Below are positions 8,430 to 18,725 of a stretch of DNA of 64,000 nt, piece after piece; positions within the stretch are counted from its first letter, which is position 1; every line of letters starts with the position of its first letter. A program made the position numbers and the translations under genes. Location of the stretch: assembly GCA_964606285.1 (NCBI GenBank), contig CAZSFP010000001.1, positions 133,376 to 197,375 of the forward strand. The letters are read 5' to 3'. Origin of the DNA: an uncultured Candidatus Saccharibacteria bacterium. Lineage in GTDB: Bacteria > Patescibacteriota > Minisyncoccia > Phycocordibacterales > UBA9973. The notes below the pieces were generated by a model that had not been told where the DNA came from, did not search any database, and saw only the letters and a list, made by a program, of their open reading frames with translations.

Positions 8430-8807
8430 ATGCGAGAAACACCACAGAAAAAATTAGAAATTTCCAAAATTCCCTTCAATAACGGAAGCCCTGTCCCTCC
8501 AGGAATCAATGCTGAAGATTTTTATGCAGCGGCAAGTATTGTTGCGAGAGAAGAAACTAAAATAAAACCAAAAGGTCCTGCCGACAAGGGTCCGACCTAT
8601 TTGGAGAAAATATACAAGAAAACAATACAAAAACTACCTGAACTTTTAAAGAAAATAGAAGATCATAAAGCAGGACATATCACAACAAAAGAAGATTTAA
8701 TGGCATACATCAAAGGTACACACATAGAAGAGACTGAAGAAGAAATACTAGGATTTATAAAGAAAGACATTTTGGACAAAAGTCATCCTGGAAAAAATAT
8801 AAACTAA
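8430..8807 (+). CDS. Hypothetical protein
   Basis: 125-aa ORF, leaderless TAGAAT promoter, terminator at ~8825-8852. Confidence 0.65.
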   Translation: MRETPQKKLEISKIPFNNGSPVPPGINAEDFYAAASIVAREETKIKPKGPADKGPTYLEKIYKKTIQKLPELLKKIEDHKAGHITTKEDLMAYIKGTHIEETEEEILGFIKKDILDKSHPGKNIN

Positions 8808-8860
8808 AAAGATACATTATAATAAAAAATCCCTACTTGATAGGGATTTTTTATTATAAT

Positions 8861-9346
8861 TTATTTATCAACAGCAATGCCGTCTTCAAAAAACTGTGTT
8901 TTCTTGAGCTGTTGTTCGATAAACCAGAGAACAATAAAAATGAAGAGTGTTAGAACTGTCGCTATAATTGCGAGACTATATAGTCCGAAACCTGTCGCCA
9001 TACCGATACCCGCCGCAACCCACATACCTGTCGCTGAAGTAAGACCAAGAACATGAGATTTGTGCACGATAACCATACCAGCACCGAGAAATCCAATACC
9101 CGTGACAATTTGTGCCGCCATACGGAGAGGATCAAAATCCTGACCAAAAAATCCCTGTCCGACCGACAATGAAATGATGACAAACAATGCCGCACCCATA
9201 GACACGAGTGCGTATGTTCGAATGCCAGCGGTTTTGTGCGCAAAAAGTCGCTCCGTACCAATAATCATTCCGAAAAACATCGCCCAAAAAAGTTTCAATG
9301 CAACATCTACTGTTGATGCATCAAAAAAAGATAAAAATGTGTCCAT
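8861..9346 (-). CDS. MgtC/SapB family membrane protein
   Basis: IGTER..HKTAGIRTYALV, RMAAQIVTGIGFLGAG, GLTSAT..W..AGIG. Confidence 0.93.
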   Translation of the reverse strand: MDTFLSFFDASTVDVALKLFWAMFFGMIIGTERLFAHKTAGIRTYALVSMGAALFVIISLSVGQGFFGQDFDPLRMAAQIVTGIGFLGAGMVIVHKSHVLGLTSATGMWVAAGIGMATGFGLYSLAIIATVLTLFIFIVLWFIEQQLKKTQFFEDGIAVDK

Positions 9347-9400
9347 GAAAAAAGTATATCAGAAACAGCTTAGAGGTAAAAGGTTATATGGATTAGTATT

Positions 9401-9458
9401 CACCCTTCCGTCTTTTTGATTACAAAAATCCACCTCCCCTTCGCAGGGGAGGAAAAAT
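9401..9458 (+). repeat. 58-bp REP-like double-hairpin element (copy A)
   Basis: Reverse complement of 11422-11479 with 1 mismatch; contains CCTCCCCT-tcgc-AGGGGAGG. Confidence 0.9.
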
Positions 9459-9460
9459 TC

Positions 9461-10534
9461 TTACTTCACAATTCCCCCACCAAGACAAATTTCACCATCA
9501 TATATGACAACGGATTGTCCAGAAGAAATGAGTACAGGTTGTGAAAATGTAATATTGTCATTGGAGATAGTGCAATCAAAAAATTCTCCATGATAACGAA
9601 TTTGGGCTTGATACGATTTTGCAGGATCTGGAACTATTCGCTTATTCGCGCGAATAAGCGAATAGTTCGTCCGGGCTTTGGAAGATTCGTTTGGAGATAC
9701 ATGCGACACGGTAATCGTATTTTTTTCAATATCCTTTGCAATGACAAAATATCGAGGATCGTCACTTCCCTTTTTGGTAATCGTAAATCCGTGTCGTTCA
9801 CCAAGTGCAAAAAGAAATGCACCATCATGATGACCGATACTCTCGCCGGATTCATCAATAACATCTCCTGTCTTTGAAGAAATATAATGTTTGAGAAATG
9901 CCTTCATGTCGATTTCTCCGATAAAACACACACCCTGGCTATCCTTTTTTGTCGCAGTCGGCAAACGATATTTCTCTGCCAATTTCCGCACCTCTTTCTT
10001 TTCCAAATGACCTATAGGAAACAATATATGAGACAGATCATCTTGTGTTAGTGTCCAAAGAAAATAACTCTGATCCTTTGTGATATCCTTTCCCTTTTTT
10101 AATAAATATTTCCCAGAATCAATTTCATTTCTTGTATAATGCCCCGTGGCGATAAAATCTGCACCACGAGATTTTGCAAATTCCCAGAAAACACCGAATT
10201 TCACTTCTCGGTTGCACATAACATCCGGATTCGGTACGCGACCTGCACGATATTCGGCAATCATATAATCGGCAACACCCTTTTTATAAGCATCTTCAGC
10301 ATCACAATCAAGAAATGGGATTTGGAGATGGGCACAGACTCGCATTGCATCACGACGTTCATCACGCCATGTGCAGTCGATCCATTCAGGTGTCCAGGTG
10401 CGGATAAACACACCAACGACATCATATCCTTGATCTTTGAGGAGTGCCGCAGATACAGATGAATCAACACCACCTGAAACTCCGACAAACACTGTTTTTT
10501 TCTTTTGTTCCTGCGAAATCATATCCATAGTCAT
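9461..10534 (-). CDS. mnmA: tRNA 2-thiouridine(34) synthase MnmA
   Basis: SGGVDSS, PNPDVMCNREVKF, ATGHY, KDQSYFL, KKDSQGVCF, GQSVVIY..CLGGG. Confidence 0.98.
   Translation of the reverse strand: MTMDMISQEQKKKTVFVGVSGGVDSSVSAALLKDQGYDVVGVFIRTWTPEWIDCTWRDERRDAMRVCAHLQIPFLDCDAEDAYKKGVADYMIAEYRAGRVPNPDVMCNREVKFGVFWEFAKSRGADFIATGHYTRNEIDSGKYLLKKGKDITKDQSYFLWTLTQDDLSHILFPIGHLEKKEVRKLAEKYRLPTATKKDSQGVCFIGEIDMKAFLKHYISSKTGDVIDESGESIGHHDGAFLFALGERHGFTITKKGSDDPRYFVIAKDIEKNTITVSHVSPNESSKARTNYSLIRANKRIVPDPAKSYQAQIRYHGEFFDCTISNDNITFSQPVLISSGQSVVIYDGEICLGGGIVK
9631..9668. repeat. 38-bp perfect palindrome inside mnmA (TATTCGCGCGAATA family)
   Basis: GAACTATTCGCTTATTCGC|GCGAATAAGCGAATAGTTC. Confidence 0.92.
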
Positions 10535-10588
10535 ACCATTATTTGTATAAAAATAAAAATCGCTTTCGTATAAAAGGTCAATATATGA

Positions 10589-11362
10589 CTATTCATGCGT
10601 AAGCGATTTTTCTGTTTCCAGATCTTCGTTTTTTTTCTTTTGTATTTCCAAAAGCAATATTTCTCCATGGATATATGCATTACAAATACTTTTTATACAT
10701 CCAATACCAGATTCCAATAGATACTCCTTTGGTATACTCACACCGGGAACATTGGGATATTTTTTCCCATGTTCGTGCAACCTCTTCAAGGATGACTTCA
10801 CCTGTAAGGGAATCTTGTCATGGCGAACTCCATGATCATCGATAAAATCTATCCAATAATCAACACCGTTCTTTTTATCATCACGGTCATTCGATCGATA
10901 AAATGTAAAGATTCGAAAAAATGGTGTGTACCCGGTTTCTGATTTATCTCCGAGTTTTTTAAGTTCGGGAGTAGTATCTACCAAGGCATTCTCACCTGCG
11001 GTTTTCATAAAAATGAGAAGTTCTTCTATATTTTTTTCAGATTCATATCCGTAGAGCTGCTCATTAATTTTTTTTTCCGCAAGATTCCATCCGACAATTA
11101 GATCATCGATTTTGAAAATATTACTTCCTTCGTTGATTCCATCAAAAGTACTTACTTTTTTCAATAAAATTCTTATTGTGTGATCTCCACGAAGTTTAGG
11201 AATAACATCATAAGGAACACTTTCATTTTCTTCATATTTTGAAAAATTTGAAATTTTCCCTTCTCTTTGCAAATAATCCAATTTTTTTGTAAATCTCTCC
11301 TGAAGTTGTGTATATATAATCTCATCTATAACATAGAATGTTACTAATGCTTTAATGTGCAT
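10589..11362 (-). CDS. Hypothetical protein with possible PD-(D/E)XK nuclease motif
   Basis: GE....; DDKKNGVDYW...IPLQVKSS. Confidence 0.55.
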   Translation of the reverse strand: MHIKALVTFYVIDEIIYTQLQERFTKKLDYLQREGKISNFSKYEENESVPYDVIPKLRGDHTIRILLKKVSTFDGINEGSNIFKIDDLIVGWNLAEKKINEQLYGYESEKNIEELLIFMKTAGENALVDTTPELKKLGDKSETGYTPFFRIFTFYRSNDRDDKKNGVDYWIDFIDDHGVRHDKIPLQVKSSLKRLHEHGKKYPNVPGVSIPKEYLLESGIGCIKSICNAYIHGEILLLEIQKKKNEDLETEKSLTHE

Positions 11363-11421
11363 GACTTTAGTATAAAGTTTTACACATAATACACGAAGTC
11401 AAAGGTTTCGTCAAGAGGGAT

Positions 11422-11479
11422 ATTTTTCCTCCCCTGCGAAGGGGAGGTGGATTTTTGTAATCAAAAAGACGGAGGGGTG
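11422..11479 (-). repeat. 58-bp REP-like element (copy B)
   Basis: Inverted copy of 9401-9458. Confidence 0.9.
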
Positions 11480-11503
11480 GTATTTGTTTGTGTGGTATTT
11501 TTT

Positions 11504-11550
11504 CACCCCCTCGGCTTTTCAGCCACTCCCCCTTCACAGGGGGAGAAAAA
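11504..11550 (+). repeat. Related REP-like element, head-to-head with copy B
   Basis: CACCCCCTCGGC-ttttca-GCCACTCCCCCT-tcac-AGGGGGAG, same two-hairpin architecture. Confidence 0.75.
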
Positions 11551-11556
11551 TACAAT

Positions 11557-12117
11557 CTATACCCTCTTGTAATTCATCATTTTTTCATAGACAAGTGCGA
11601 GCATTCTCGTATCTGCAAGTGCAGTATGCGCATTTTTGTATTCAATCTTGAAAAATTCACAGAGTGCGCGAAGTGAAAATCGTTCGATGTCGTTCCCGTG
11701 ACCAAGACGAGCAAAGGCTATAGAGATAGTATCAATCTTGTGATAATGCATTTTATTTTCAATACCAGTGGCCCAAAATGCCTTATCGATAAACATATAA
11801 TCAAAACATGCATTGTGTGCCACAAAGATACAATCCTTCGTTTTGTCGGCGAGCATCTTCATCGCCTCAGGAAGTGTGTAGGCAAATATCCAGTCTGCAG
11901 CATTGTACCCATTGACACGAAGTGCTTGCGGATCAGCATCAGCAATACGTTCCGGTTTTACTTTATATTCACATTCTTCGATATGGACAAGTTCGACACG
12001 ACCATCCGGATGCCATATCTGATCCATGAGTACACAACCAATTTCGATGATTTCATGCCGATCTGGATTGAGTCCTGTAGTTTCTATATCTATAAATGCA
12101 AGGCGGTGTGTTTTCAT
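11557..12117 (-). CDS. DEDDh 3'-5' exonuclease (DnaQ-like)
   Basis: DIETTG, VAHNACFD, AHTALAD. Confidence 0.93.
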   Translation of the reverse strand: MKTHRLAFIDIETTGLNPDRHEIIEIGCVLMDQIWHPDGRVELVHIEECEYKVKPERIADADPQALRVNGYNAADWIFAYTLPEAMKMLADKTKDCIFVAHNACFDYMFIDKAFWATGIENKMHYHKIDTISIAFARLGHGNDIERFSLRALCEFFKIEYKNAHTALADTRMLALVYEKMMNYKRV

Positions 12118-12120
12118 AAA

Positions 12121-13140
12121 TTATTTTAAATATTTTTTCTTATTAGCAAGATGTCCAGCGTATGTTTCAGCATAATAAACGTTTCCATCAGGGGCATGAA
12201 GGTAATACAGATATGGAGATGAGACCGGAAACAATGCAGCTTTGATGGAGAGGAGTCCCGGACTTGCGATTGGTCCCGGCGGGAGACCTTTGTATTTATA
12301 CGTATTGTATTTTGAATCAAGAGCGAGATCGTCATGAGTCAGTTTACTGCTTTCTTTTCCGGTCACATAGTAAAGTGTTGCGTCAGCCTGGAGCGGCATA
12401 CCGAGTTCAATTCGTTTCCATAATATACCGGAGATAATACCCCTATCTTCATCACCAGATGCCTCACGTTCAATGATCGATGCCATCGTAATGATATCTT
12501 TGAGTGACGCACGTGACCGCGCAATGTCATCTTTGATCGGTTGGATCTTTCTATTAAATCCGGATTTAAGCGTACTCACAACATCTTCCATACTGACTGA
12601 TGGAAAGAAAAAATAGGTATCTGGAAACAGGTAACCTTCATCTGATTCAGTCATCGCAAGAAAAGTTGGTATATCTATCTGTGGAAATTTTTCATTGAGC
12701 AAACGAGCGATATCAGATCGTGAGTATCCTTCTGGGATCGTTACTTTGATCTGTTCCGTGCCATATTGGCCGCGTGTCATGCGGTATGCGATGACATATA
12801 CCGGTGCAGGAGATTTGAAAAGGTAATCCCCTGCTGCAATATTTCTGTCACTGCCAAATATGACCACCATGTGTTCAAAGAGCGGCACTGATCGGATTAC
12901 ATGTGCATCACGGAGTTCTTCAGAAACCGACCGCAGTGTTTCTCCTTGCTCAACGGTTATTGTTGTCGGAGCGATGAATTCTTTTGGTGCACGAATTAAT
13001 GAGAGATATATACCGACAAGGAGAAGAAAAAGGATTGTTACTCCAAGCAAAATACGGAACACGCGAGACAATACCTGCTCCTCTTCGATAATGCGGTCCA
13101 GGTCTTCGGACTGTCGAATGTTAAAAAAATTTTCTGACAT
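12121..13140 (-). CDS. mltG: Endolytic transglycosylase MltG
   Basis: TIPEG, EGYLFPDTY, ASIIERE, LQADAT, YNTY..GLPPGPI. Confidence 0.96.
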   Translation of the reverse strand: MSENFFNIRQSEDLDRIIEEEQVLSRVFRILLGVTILFLLLVGIYLSLIRAPKEFIAPTTITVEQGETLRSVSEELRDAHVIRSVPLFEHMVVIFGSDRNIAAGDYLFKSPAPVYVIAYRMTRGQYGTEQIKVTIPEGYSRSDIARLLNEKFPQIDIPTFLAMTESDEGYLFPDTYFFFPSVSMEDVVSTLKSGFNRKIQPIKDDIARSRASLKDIITMASIIEREASGDEDRGIISGILWKRIELGMPLQADATLYYVTGKESSKLTHDDLALDSKYNTYKYKGLPPGPIASPGLLSIKAALFPVSSPYLYYLHAPDGNVYYAETYAGHLANKKKYLK

Positions 13141-13143
13141 AAA

Positions 13144-14406
13144 TTAGAGAGGGAGATTCGCAGGGGCATCAACTTTTTTGGAATCAATACGCTGGAAGCT
13201 TGGTGTTTCAAGTACACGACCTGGGAAGTGAAATATCGTCGCTAATTCTTCGGTATTGAGTACATACGGCTTCCGATTGAACGGGTGATAAAACCACCCC
13301 CGGAGACGGTATGCTTTAAGCAATCCTGATTTCTTTTTTGGAACAACAGTACCAAAAAGATCTTCCCATGGAAAATCAACACCGGTTCCACGATCTCCTT
13401 TGAAACTATTGAAGTCAGTGGTCGTGTATTGACGAAGTATACCTCCCAATCCAGATGCAATACCGGCATTGTATTTTTCTTTACGACCGATATAAATTGC
13501 ACGGATACCAACATCAAAACCGAGTTTACTGATACTACGTTCGATAGCGTCGACAAGAAGTTTCTCATTTGGTGGCATATTTGAATATCCGCCGACCTTG
13601 TGTTTTTTCTTTTCACCCTTGTCGTCGTATTCGATTTCCTTGTCAGAATATTTCTTAATCATAGAAGAAACAAGATCTCGACCTTGTTTTTGCCAGCTTT
13701 GCAATTCACCTTTGCTATTCATCCAGCGATCTTGTGCAGCCCGAACAATGATTTGAAACCAGATTTGCTCTCCAGTACCAATGGAACCCATATATTCGAG
13801 AGTTGATGTGATCGGATCGATGCGCTCCGCTTCTTCGAGCCGTCCTACCGCCTGATCAAGACCGAAATCAATATAGGTCTTTATCGGATACGGATCTTCT
13901 TTTGCAAGGATGAATTCGGTACCTGACATTTCCCATGGACCGTCTTTGACATACGGCGGTACCACTCGGGTATAATCATCCACCTCAGCAACTTCAGCCT
14001 GCGGATACTGGGCATAGATCTGTGATTCGATGATCGATTTGAATTTCGTCTGTGTTCGGATAAAAAAATGAATATGACCTTCGATCGATGCGATCTCGAG
14101 TGAGAACCATGACCGGACACCACCCTGCCAAAACTTTGCCAGCCAGTTACCATGACCACCTGTCTGATAGAGCGCATTGAATACAAGTTCCATAGCAAGC
14201 GGTGACTTGAACACATCCTTTGGTATTTTAATCTCCATGAGCGACCATTTCATTTCAGAAATATAATGTGCGTTCACATACCGAATCCAATACTTCCACG
14301 CAAAGTAAACAAGCACCCCGAGAAGAATAATCGGCAAAACATATGAGGTTATAAGTGCGATATATTCTTCAGCGTAAAAAATAGGCGCATCAATAGTTGA
14401 AAACAT
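13144..14406 (-). CDS. Conserved CPR membrane-anchored hypothetical protein
   Basis: N-terminal TM helix; SLEIAS, IYAQYP, LNTEELATIFHFP, APANLP, resembling CPR proteins related to the N-termini of VirD4-like ATPases. Confidence 0.8.
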   Translation of the reverse strand: MFSTIDAPIFYAEEYIALITSYVLPIILLGVLVYFAWKYWIRYVNAHYISEMKWSLMEIKIPKDVFKSPLAMELVFNALYQTGGHGNWLAKFWQGGVRSWFSLEIASIEGHIHFFIRTQTKFKSIIESQIYAQYPQAEVAEVDDYTRVVPPYVKDGPWEMSGTEFILAKEDPYPIKTYIDFGLDQAVGRLEEAERIDPITSTLEYMGSIGTGEQIWFQIIVRAAQDRWMNSKGELQSWQKQGRDLVSSMIKKYSDKEIEYDDKGEKKKHKVGGYSNMPPNEKLLVDAIERSISKLGFDVGIRAIYIGRKEKYNAGIASGLGGILRQYTTTDFNSFKGDRGTGVDFPWEDLFGTVVPKKKSGLLKAYRLRGWFYHPFNRKPYVLNTEELATIFHFPGRVLETPSFQRIDSKKVDAPANLPL

Positions 14407-14516
14407 GCCTCAAGTATACCAAATAGAAAAGTCCGCGTGAAGCAAGGTGTGGAGAATAAAAAAAATCCCCGTGTAATACAGGGATTTTTATTGGATATAA
14501 ATTATTTGTTAAGGTG

Positions 14517-14978
14517 CTAAAGTTTACGATATTTTTTGTATGTAATAATATACATTCCTACAACAAACAACAGTATTTCTCCGCCAGCAATATACAAGAA
14601 ATTAAAATTTATGTCTGTGGTAACAGAAAAAATATCTCTTCCCACAAATACCGCTGCTGTTATAAACGGCACATGCAGTATAGCGATTGCAATACATGCT
14701 ATCAGAGCGGTTATACCATGACGGAATATTGAACTTCTTTTCTGAAAATCATTTTTTACAACATTACTAAATTCCTGAGCAATTTTAACAGTTAATATTA
14801 CTGTTCCGGCAATTGCAATCAATGTAATCGGACTGCGGTAGTTCACTGCCATATATACAACAGCGGATATCCATAAAAATGGAGAGAATAATCGGAACAG
14901 AGATACAAAAAGTTCTCCGATAAATTTTACATCTTCGTTTTTAAAGATAGTAATAGATAGAAATTGAATAGTTTTCAT
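14517..14978 (-). CDS. Hypothetical membrane protein
   Basis: Four hydrophobic helices. Start at MKTIQF; the upstream part of the ORF-track call overlaps the next gene. Confidence 0.6.
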   Translation of the reverse strand: MKTIQFLSITIFKNEDVKFIGELFVSLFRLFSPFLWISAVVYMAVNYRSPITLIAIAGTVILTVKIAQEFSNVVKNDFQKRSSIFRHGITALIACIAIAILHVPFITAAVFVGRDIFSVTTDINFNFLYIAGGEILLFVVGMYIITYKKYRKL

Positions 14979-15096
14979 GGTGCGGGGGTTTTGTTTTTGA
15001 TTTCTTCTAGATAATATCATACATAATAAATATGTCAACAATCTTATCTTTATATAAAAAATCCCCCATTTTGTGGGGAATTTTTTATGAGGAGTA

Positions 15097-16128
15097 TTAC
15101 GCAATCGTATATCGTCCGTCTTTTGTTTTTTTGAAATACTTTGGATTCTGGAGGTTGACAAGGATTGTGTTTTTCTTGAGGAAACGTTCCTTGAGAACTC
15201 GGTCAACGATTTCATCACGTGTAAGTGGTCCTTCTTTTTCGATGATGTCACGGATGACTTCTTTGACGATACCCGGCTTGTAGCCCCATTCTGAGAGACC
15301 GTAGGTACCACGGCCGACGAGGACGAACCGTTTGTCCTTGATGAGCTCGTTGTGGCATGTTGCAGGATGTGTACGTTTTGAAAATGTTTCAGAGATTGCT
15401 TTTGCAACTTCTCGGAAATGCATTGGAGAACCATGTTTTCGCATCATAAGAAATGCATAGTCTTTGATACCACGAACACGAACATTTGAAGATTCGGCTT
15501 TACCCCATTCACCAAGAGGATTCTTGCTCATCTTTTTTGAAATATTGAGATGACGACGTGCAATTTCTGCGTTTTTGTAATCAGCACTGATATCTTTGAC
15601 ATGAGAAAGGAATCGTTCAATCATTTCTCCTTCTGGGATAAGCGCGTCATCTTCGAGAGATGCGTAAAGATTTTTGAGTGATGTATGAATACTGTCTGAA
15701 ATATCAGTATCGATAGTCCAGCGAGATTTGAAATGTTCATCTTCTTTGTGTTTTGTAAATTCATCACCAAGCACGAGATAGAGGTGTACGTGGTTTTGAA
15801 TAGCAGGATCTTTTGAAATATGAGAGAGCAATTCTTCTTCGGCCAAAACACCACCGAGAGATTCGATGACATCGCGAAGTTCCTTGAACGATGCTTGTTC
15901 AGATTTGAATTCGTCAGATTTTTTGATTGCAGCAATTGCCGCATTCTCGATCTGGCGAACACGTTCTCGGGTAATACCATACGTATCGCCGATAGATTCA
16001 AGTGTTTTGCGTTCTGCGTCAGAAGTCAAGCCGAAACGATTGACGATGACATCATATGCCCGATCTTGGAGCGGTGAAAGAATCTTCTTTGTGACCTGTT
16101 TTGGTTTGAATGTAAGAGTTATTGCCAT
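15097..16128 (-). CDS. Sigma-70 region-4 HTH + HARE-HTH/RpoE-like protein
   Basis: RFGL..RKTLESIG..YGITRERVRQIE (sigma region 4); C-terminal wHTH repeats (HNELIKDKRFVLVGRGTYGL.EWG). Confidence 0.8.
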   Translation of the reverse strand: MAITLTFKPKQVTKKILSPLQDRAYDVIVNRFGLTSDAERKTLESIGDTYGITRERVRQIENAAIAAIKKSDEFKSEQASFKELRDVIESLGGVLAEEELLSHISKDPAIQNHVHLYLVLGDEFTKHKEDEHFKSRWTIDTDISDSIHTSLKNLYASLEDDALIPEGEMIERFLSHVKDISADYKNAEIARRHLNISKKMSKNPLGEWGKAESSNVRVRGIKDYAFLMMRKHGSPMHFREVAKAISETFSKRTHPATCHNELIKDKRFVLVGRGTYGLSEWGYKPGIVKEVIRDIIEKEGPLTRDEIVDRVLKERFLKKNTILVNLQNPKYFKKTKDGRYTIA

Positions 16129-16254
16129 AAACACTAAATAATTAAAAAATGATAATAAATTGATAATCCTGCCCTCCGTTTGCTCTATTTACAATATCAC
16201 ACTACAGAAAGTAAGTCAAAATACATTACCATACTATCTGTGGATAAGCAAGTT

Positions 16255-16322
16255 TTTGCCATAAGGCGAAAACTTGTCCTGAGGAGCTCCCCTCTAGTAC
16301 TCAGGGAGCGACGTAGGGCAAA
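16255..16322. repeat. REP-like hairpin element downstream of typA
   Basis: TTTGCC-ataa-GGCGAA and TTGTCCT..GCTCCC-loop-GGGAGC..AGGGCAA. Confidence 0.5.
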
Positions 16323-16332
16323 TGTAAATATA

Positions 16333-18111
16333 CTACTTACTTACCTGTTTCTTCCGTAACCGCACTGATTTTGGTGTGACTTCGAGATATTCATCCTCGG
16401 CCATAACCTCAAGTCCACGTTCAATCGAGAGTGTATACGGCGGTTTGAGTGTAATCGCTTCATCATTTCCAGATGAACGAACGTTACTCAAATTTTTACC
16501 CTTGATAGGATTCACTGCCATTTCTTCGCCCTTGGTGACGTTACCGACAACCATACCTTCATACACTTCTGTACCGTGTTCGATATAAAGAATACCGCGA
16601 TCTTGGAGGTTCCAGAGTGCATATCCTGCGGCCTTGCCGGCAACCATGGAAGTCATGGATCCGACATCACGCTTCTTGATCTCGCCGGCATACGGACGGA
16701 AGCCGATAACACGGGAGCCCATAATCCCCTCGCCTTTCGTATCGACGATGAACTGACTGCGGTATCCGAGAAGTCCGCGTGTTGGTATATCAAAGACAAC
16801 GCGAACCATGCCGTCTTTTTCTTTCATTGTAGTCATGAGACCGCGGCGCTTGGTGATCTTTTCAATAACCGCACCGGATACTTCACTCGGAATATCGACA
16901 GTGAGTTCTTCGTATGGTTCTTGGCGTTCACCATCGATTTCTTTGATGATAACTTTCGGTTGAGATACTTGCATTTCATATCCTTCACGGCGCATATTTT
17001 CGAGGAGAATCGCAATATGGAGTTCACCGCGACCATAGACAAGGAAACCTTCCGGTCCAGACTTTTCAGTTCGTTCCGGAGAGAAATCCACCTTGAGTCC
17101 AACGTTGATTTCGAGTTCGCGCTCGAGACGTTCACGGATCTGACGTGATGTAACAAATTTTCCTTCGCGACCAGCAAGCGGTGAGTCGTTGACGAGGAAT
17201 TGGAGGGAGATAGTCGGTTCATCGATAGCGATAGATGGCAGTGCTGGTGTTGCTTCATTGTCGACAAGTGTCTCACCGATATACACATCGGGAATACCTG
17301 CAACGAGAACGATCTCGCCCGCTCGCGCACTCTCAACATCTTTTCGAGCAATACCTTCAAATGTACAGAGTTTTGTGACTTTTGCTTTTCGGATTTCGCC
17401 GTTTGCTTTTTTTACAAACAAATTTTCAGCAGCAGTGATGTTTCCTTCGTAGACACGACAGATTGCGAGACGACCAAGGAAGTTGTCATAGCCCAAGTTG
17501 AATACCTGTGCAGAAAGTGGTTTGTCTTTTGCATCAACAGGAACTGCTTTGACGTGTTCGAGGACGACATCGAGTAATGGAAAGAGATCTTTTGATTCAT
17601 CTTCCATTTTTCGTTTTGCAATACCAGAACGACCGATCGCGTAGACTGTCGGGAAATTGAGTTGTTCATCGTTCGCACCGAGTTCCATGAAGAGTTCGAA
17701 CACCATATCGTGCACACCGACAGGATCTGCTGCTGGCTTGTCGATCTTGTTGATAACAACGATTGGTTTCAATCCGAGCTCGAGAGATTTCTTCAACACA
17801 AAACGTGTTTGTGGCATCGGACCTTCTTGGGCATCAACAACGAGCAATACTGAGTCAATAGATCGGAGCACGCGTTCAACTTCAGAACCGAAATCCGCGT
17901 GTCCCGGTGTGTCGACGATATTTATCTTTGTATCGCGATAATACACTGATGTATTTTTCGCATAGATAGTGATGCCGCGTTCTTGTTCGAGTGCGTTCGA
18001 ATCCATGGTGACATCATCGCCTGACATGCCGCACTGCTTCATGAGCTGGTCAGTAAGCGTTGTTTTGCCGTGGTCAACGTGAGCGATAATTGCGATGTTT
18101 CGGATTTCCAT
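16333..18111 (-). CDS. typA: Translational GTPase TypA/BipA
   Basis: [42 protein letters not shown]. Confidence 0.98.
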   Translation of the reverse strand: MEIRNIAIIAHVDHGKTTLTDQLMKQCGMSGDDVTMDSNALEQERGITIYAKNTSVYYRDTKINIVDTPGHADFGSEVERVLRSIDSVLLVVDAQEGPMPQTRFVLKKSLELGLKPIVVINKIDKPAADPVGVHDMVFELFMELGANDEQLNFPTVYAIGRSGIAKRKMEDESKDLFPLLDVVLEHVKAVPVDAKDKPLSAQVFNLGYDNFLGRLAICRVYEGNITAAENLFVKKANGEIRKAKVTKLCTFEGIARKDVESARAGEIVLVAGIPDVYIGETLVDNEATPALPSIAIDEPTISLQFLVNDSPLAGREGKFVTSRQIRERLERELEINVGLKVDFSPERTEKSGPEGFLVYGRGELHIAILLENMRREGYEMQVSQPKVIIKEIDGERQEPYEELTVDIPSEVSGAVIEKITKRRGLMTTMKEKDGMVRVVFDIPTRGLLGYRSQFIVDTKGEGIMGSRVIGFRPYAGEIKKRDVGSMTSMVAGKAAGYALWNLQDRGILYIEHGTEVYEGMVVGNVTKGEEMAVNPIKGKNLSNVRSSGNDEAITLKPPYTLSIERGLEVMAEDEYLEVTPKSVRLRKKQVSK

Positions 18112-18251
18112 ATGTTAGTACGTAGTTGGTAGTGAGTAGTAAGTAGTTAATACAAGTTGTATCAAATAAAAAAACGCGTTGAGCGCTTATTACAAGGAAG
18201 TATTCTACACGAAAATGATTTTAAGTCAAACAAAACTGTTGGCTGAAAAGT

Positions 18252-18649
18252 AAAAAAGCCCCCACGATACTTTCACATTCTTCCGATCCTTTGTCGAAAG
18301 AACAACGAGAAAATATTTTGTGTGGGGGCTTTTGTTTTGAACGTGCCTTAGATAGATGCAGTGCGCAGCAATAAAGAAGATTCTGAACGCTGTTTTTTTG
18401 CATCTGACCTGTTGTCCGTGGCTCTGGATACACAACATGTAAATTAAATAAAAGAACTTTTTCTTCTTTTTGAACATGTTTTTCATCACATGCGAGATGG
18501 CTAGTCTCATTGATATCTCCAAGAAGTTTCAGCCGTTTTTGGTTTTGCGATTACTTTTCAGTAATCTGGTTTGTAAATATACTATAAAGAAAAATACAAG
18601 GGATGCCGCTGGGACTCACTGAGTCTGAGCTTACACACGATTAACATCC
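18252..18649 (-). ncRNA. Candidate ~400-nt multi-hairpin noncoding transcript
   Basis: TTGACA-17-TATGAT promoter (18684-18656). 5' GGAUGUU/GGCAUCC stem begins at the predicted TSS. GAUUACU-GAAA-AGUAAUC hairpin; long terminal hairpin at 18252-18333. No convincing ORF. Confidence 0.4.
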
Positions 18650-18725
18650 AAGGACATCATATACTATTCGAGTCTATTTGTCAAGTACTTTGTAGATTAT
18701 TCAAAAATCCCCTTTATTTCCAATA

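Noticed and set aside
11367-11555. 62-aa ORF
   Set aside because: It is the translation of the REP doublet.
14979-15434. N-terminal extension of the 305-aa ORF
   Set aside because: Overlaps the sigma-region-4 gene in another frame and crosses a terminator.
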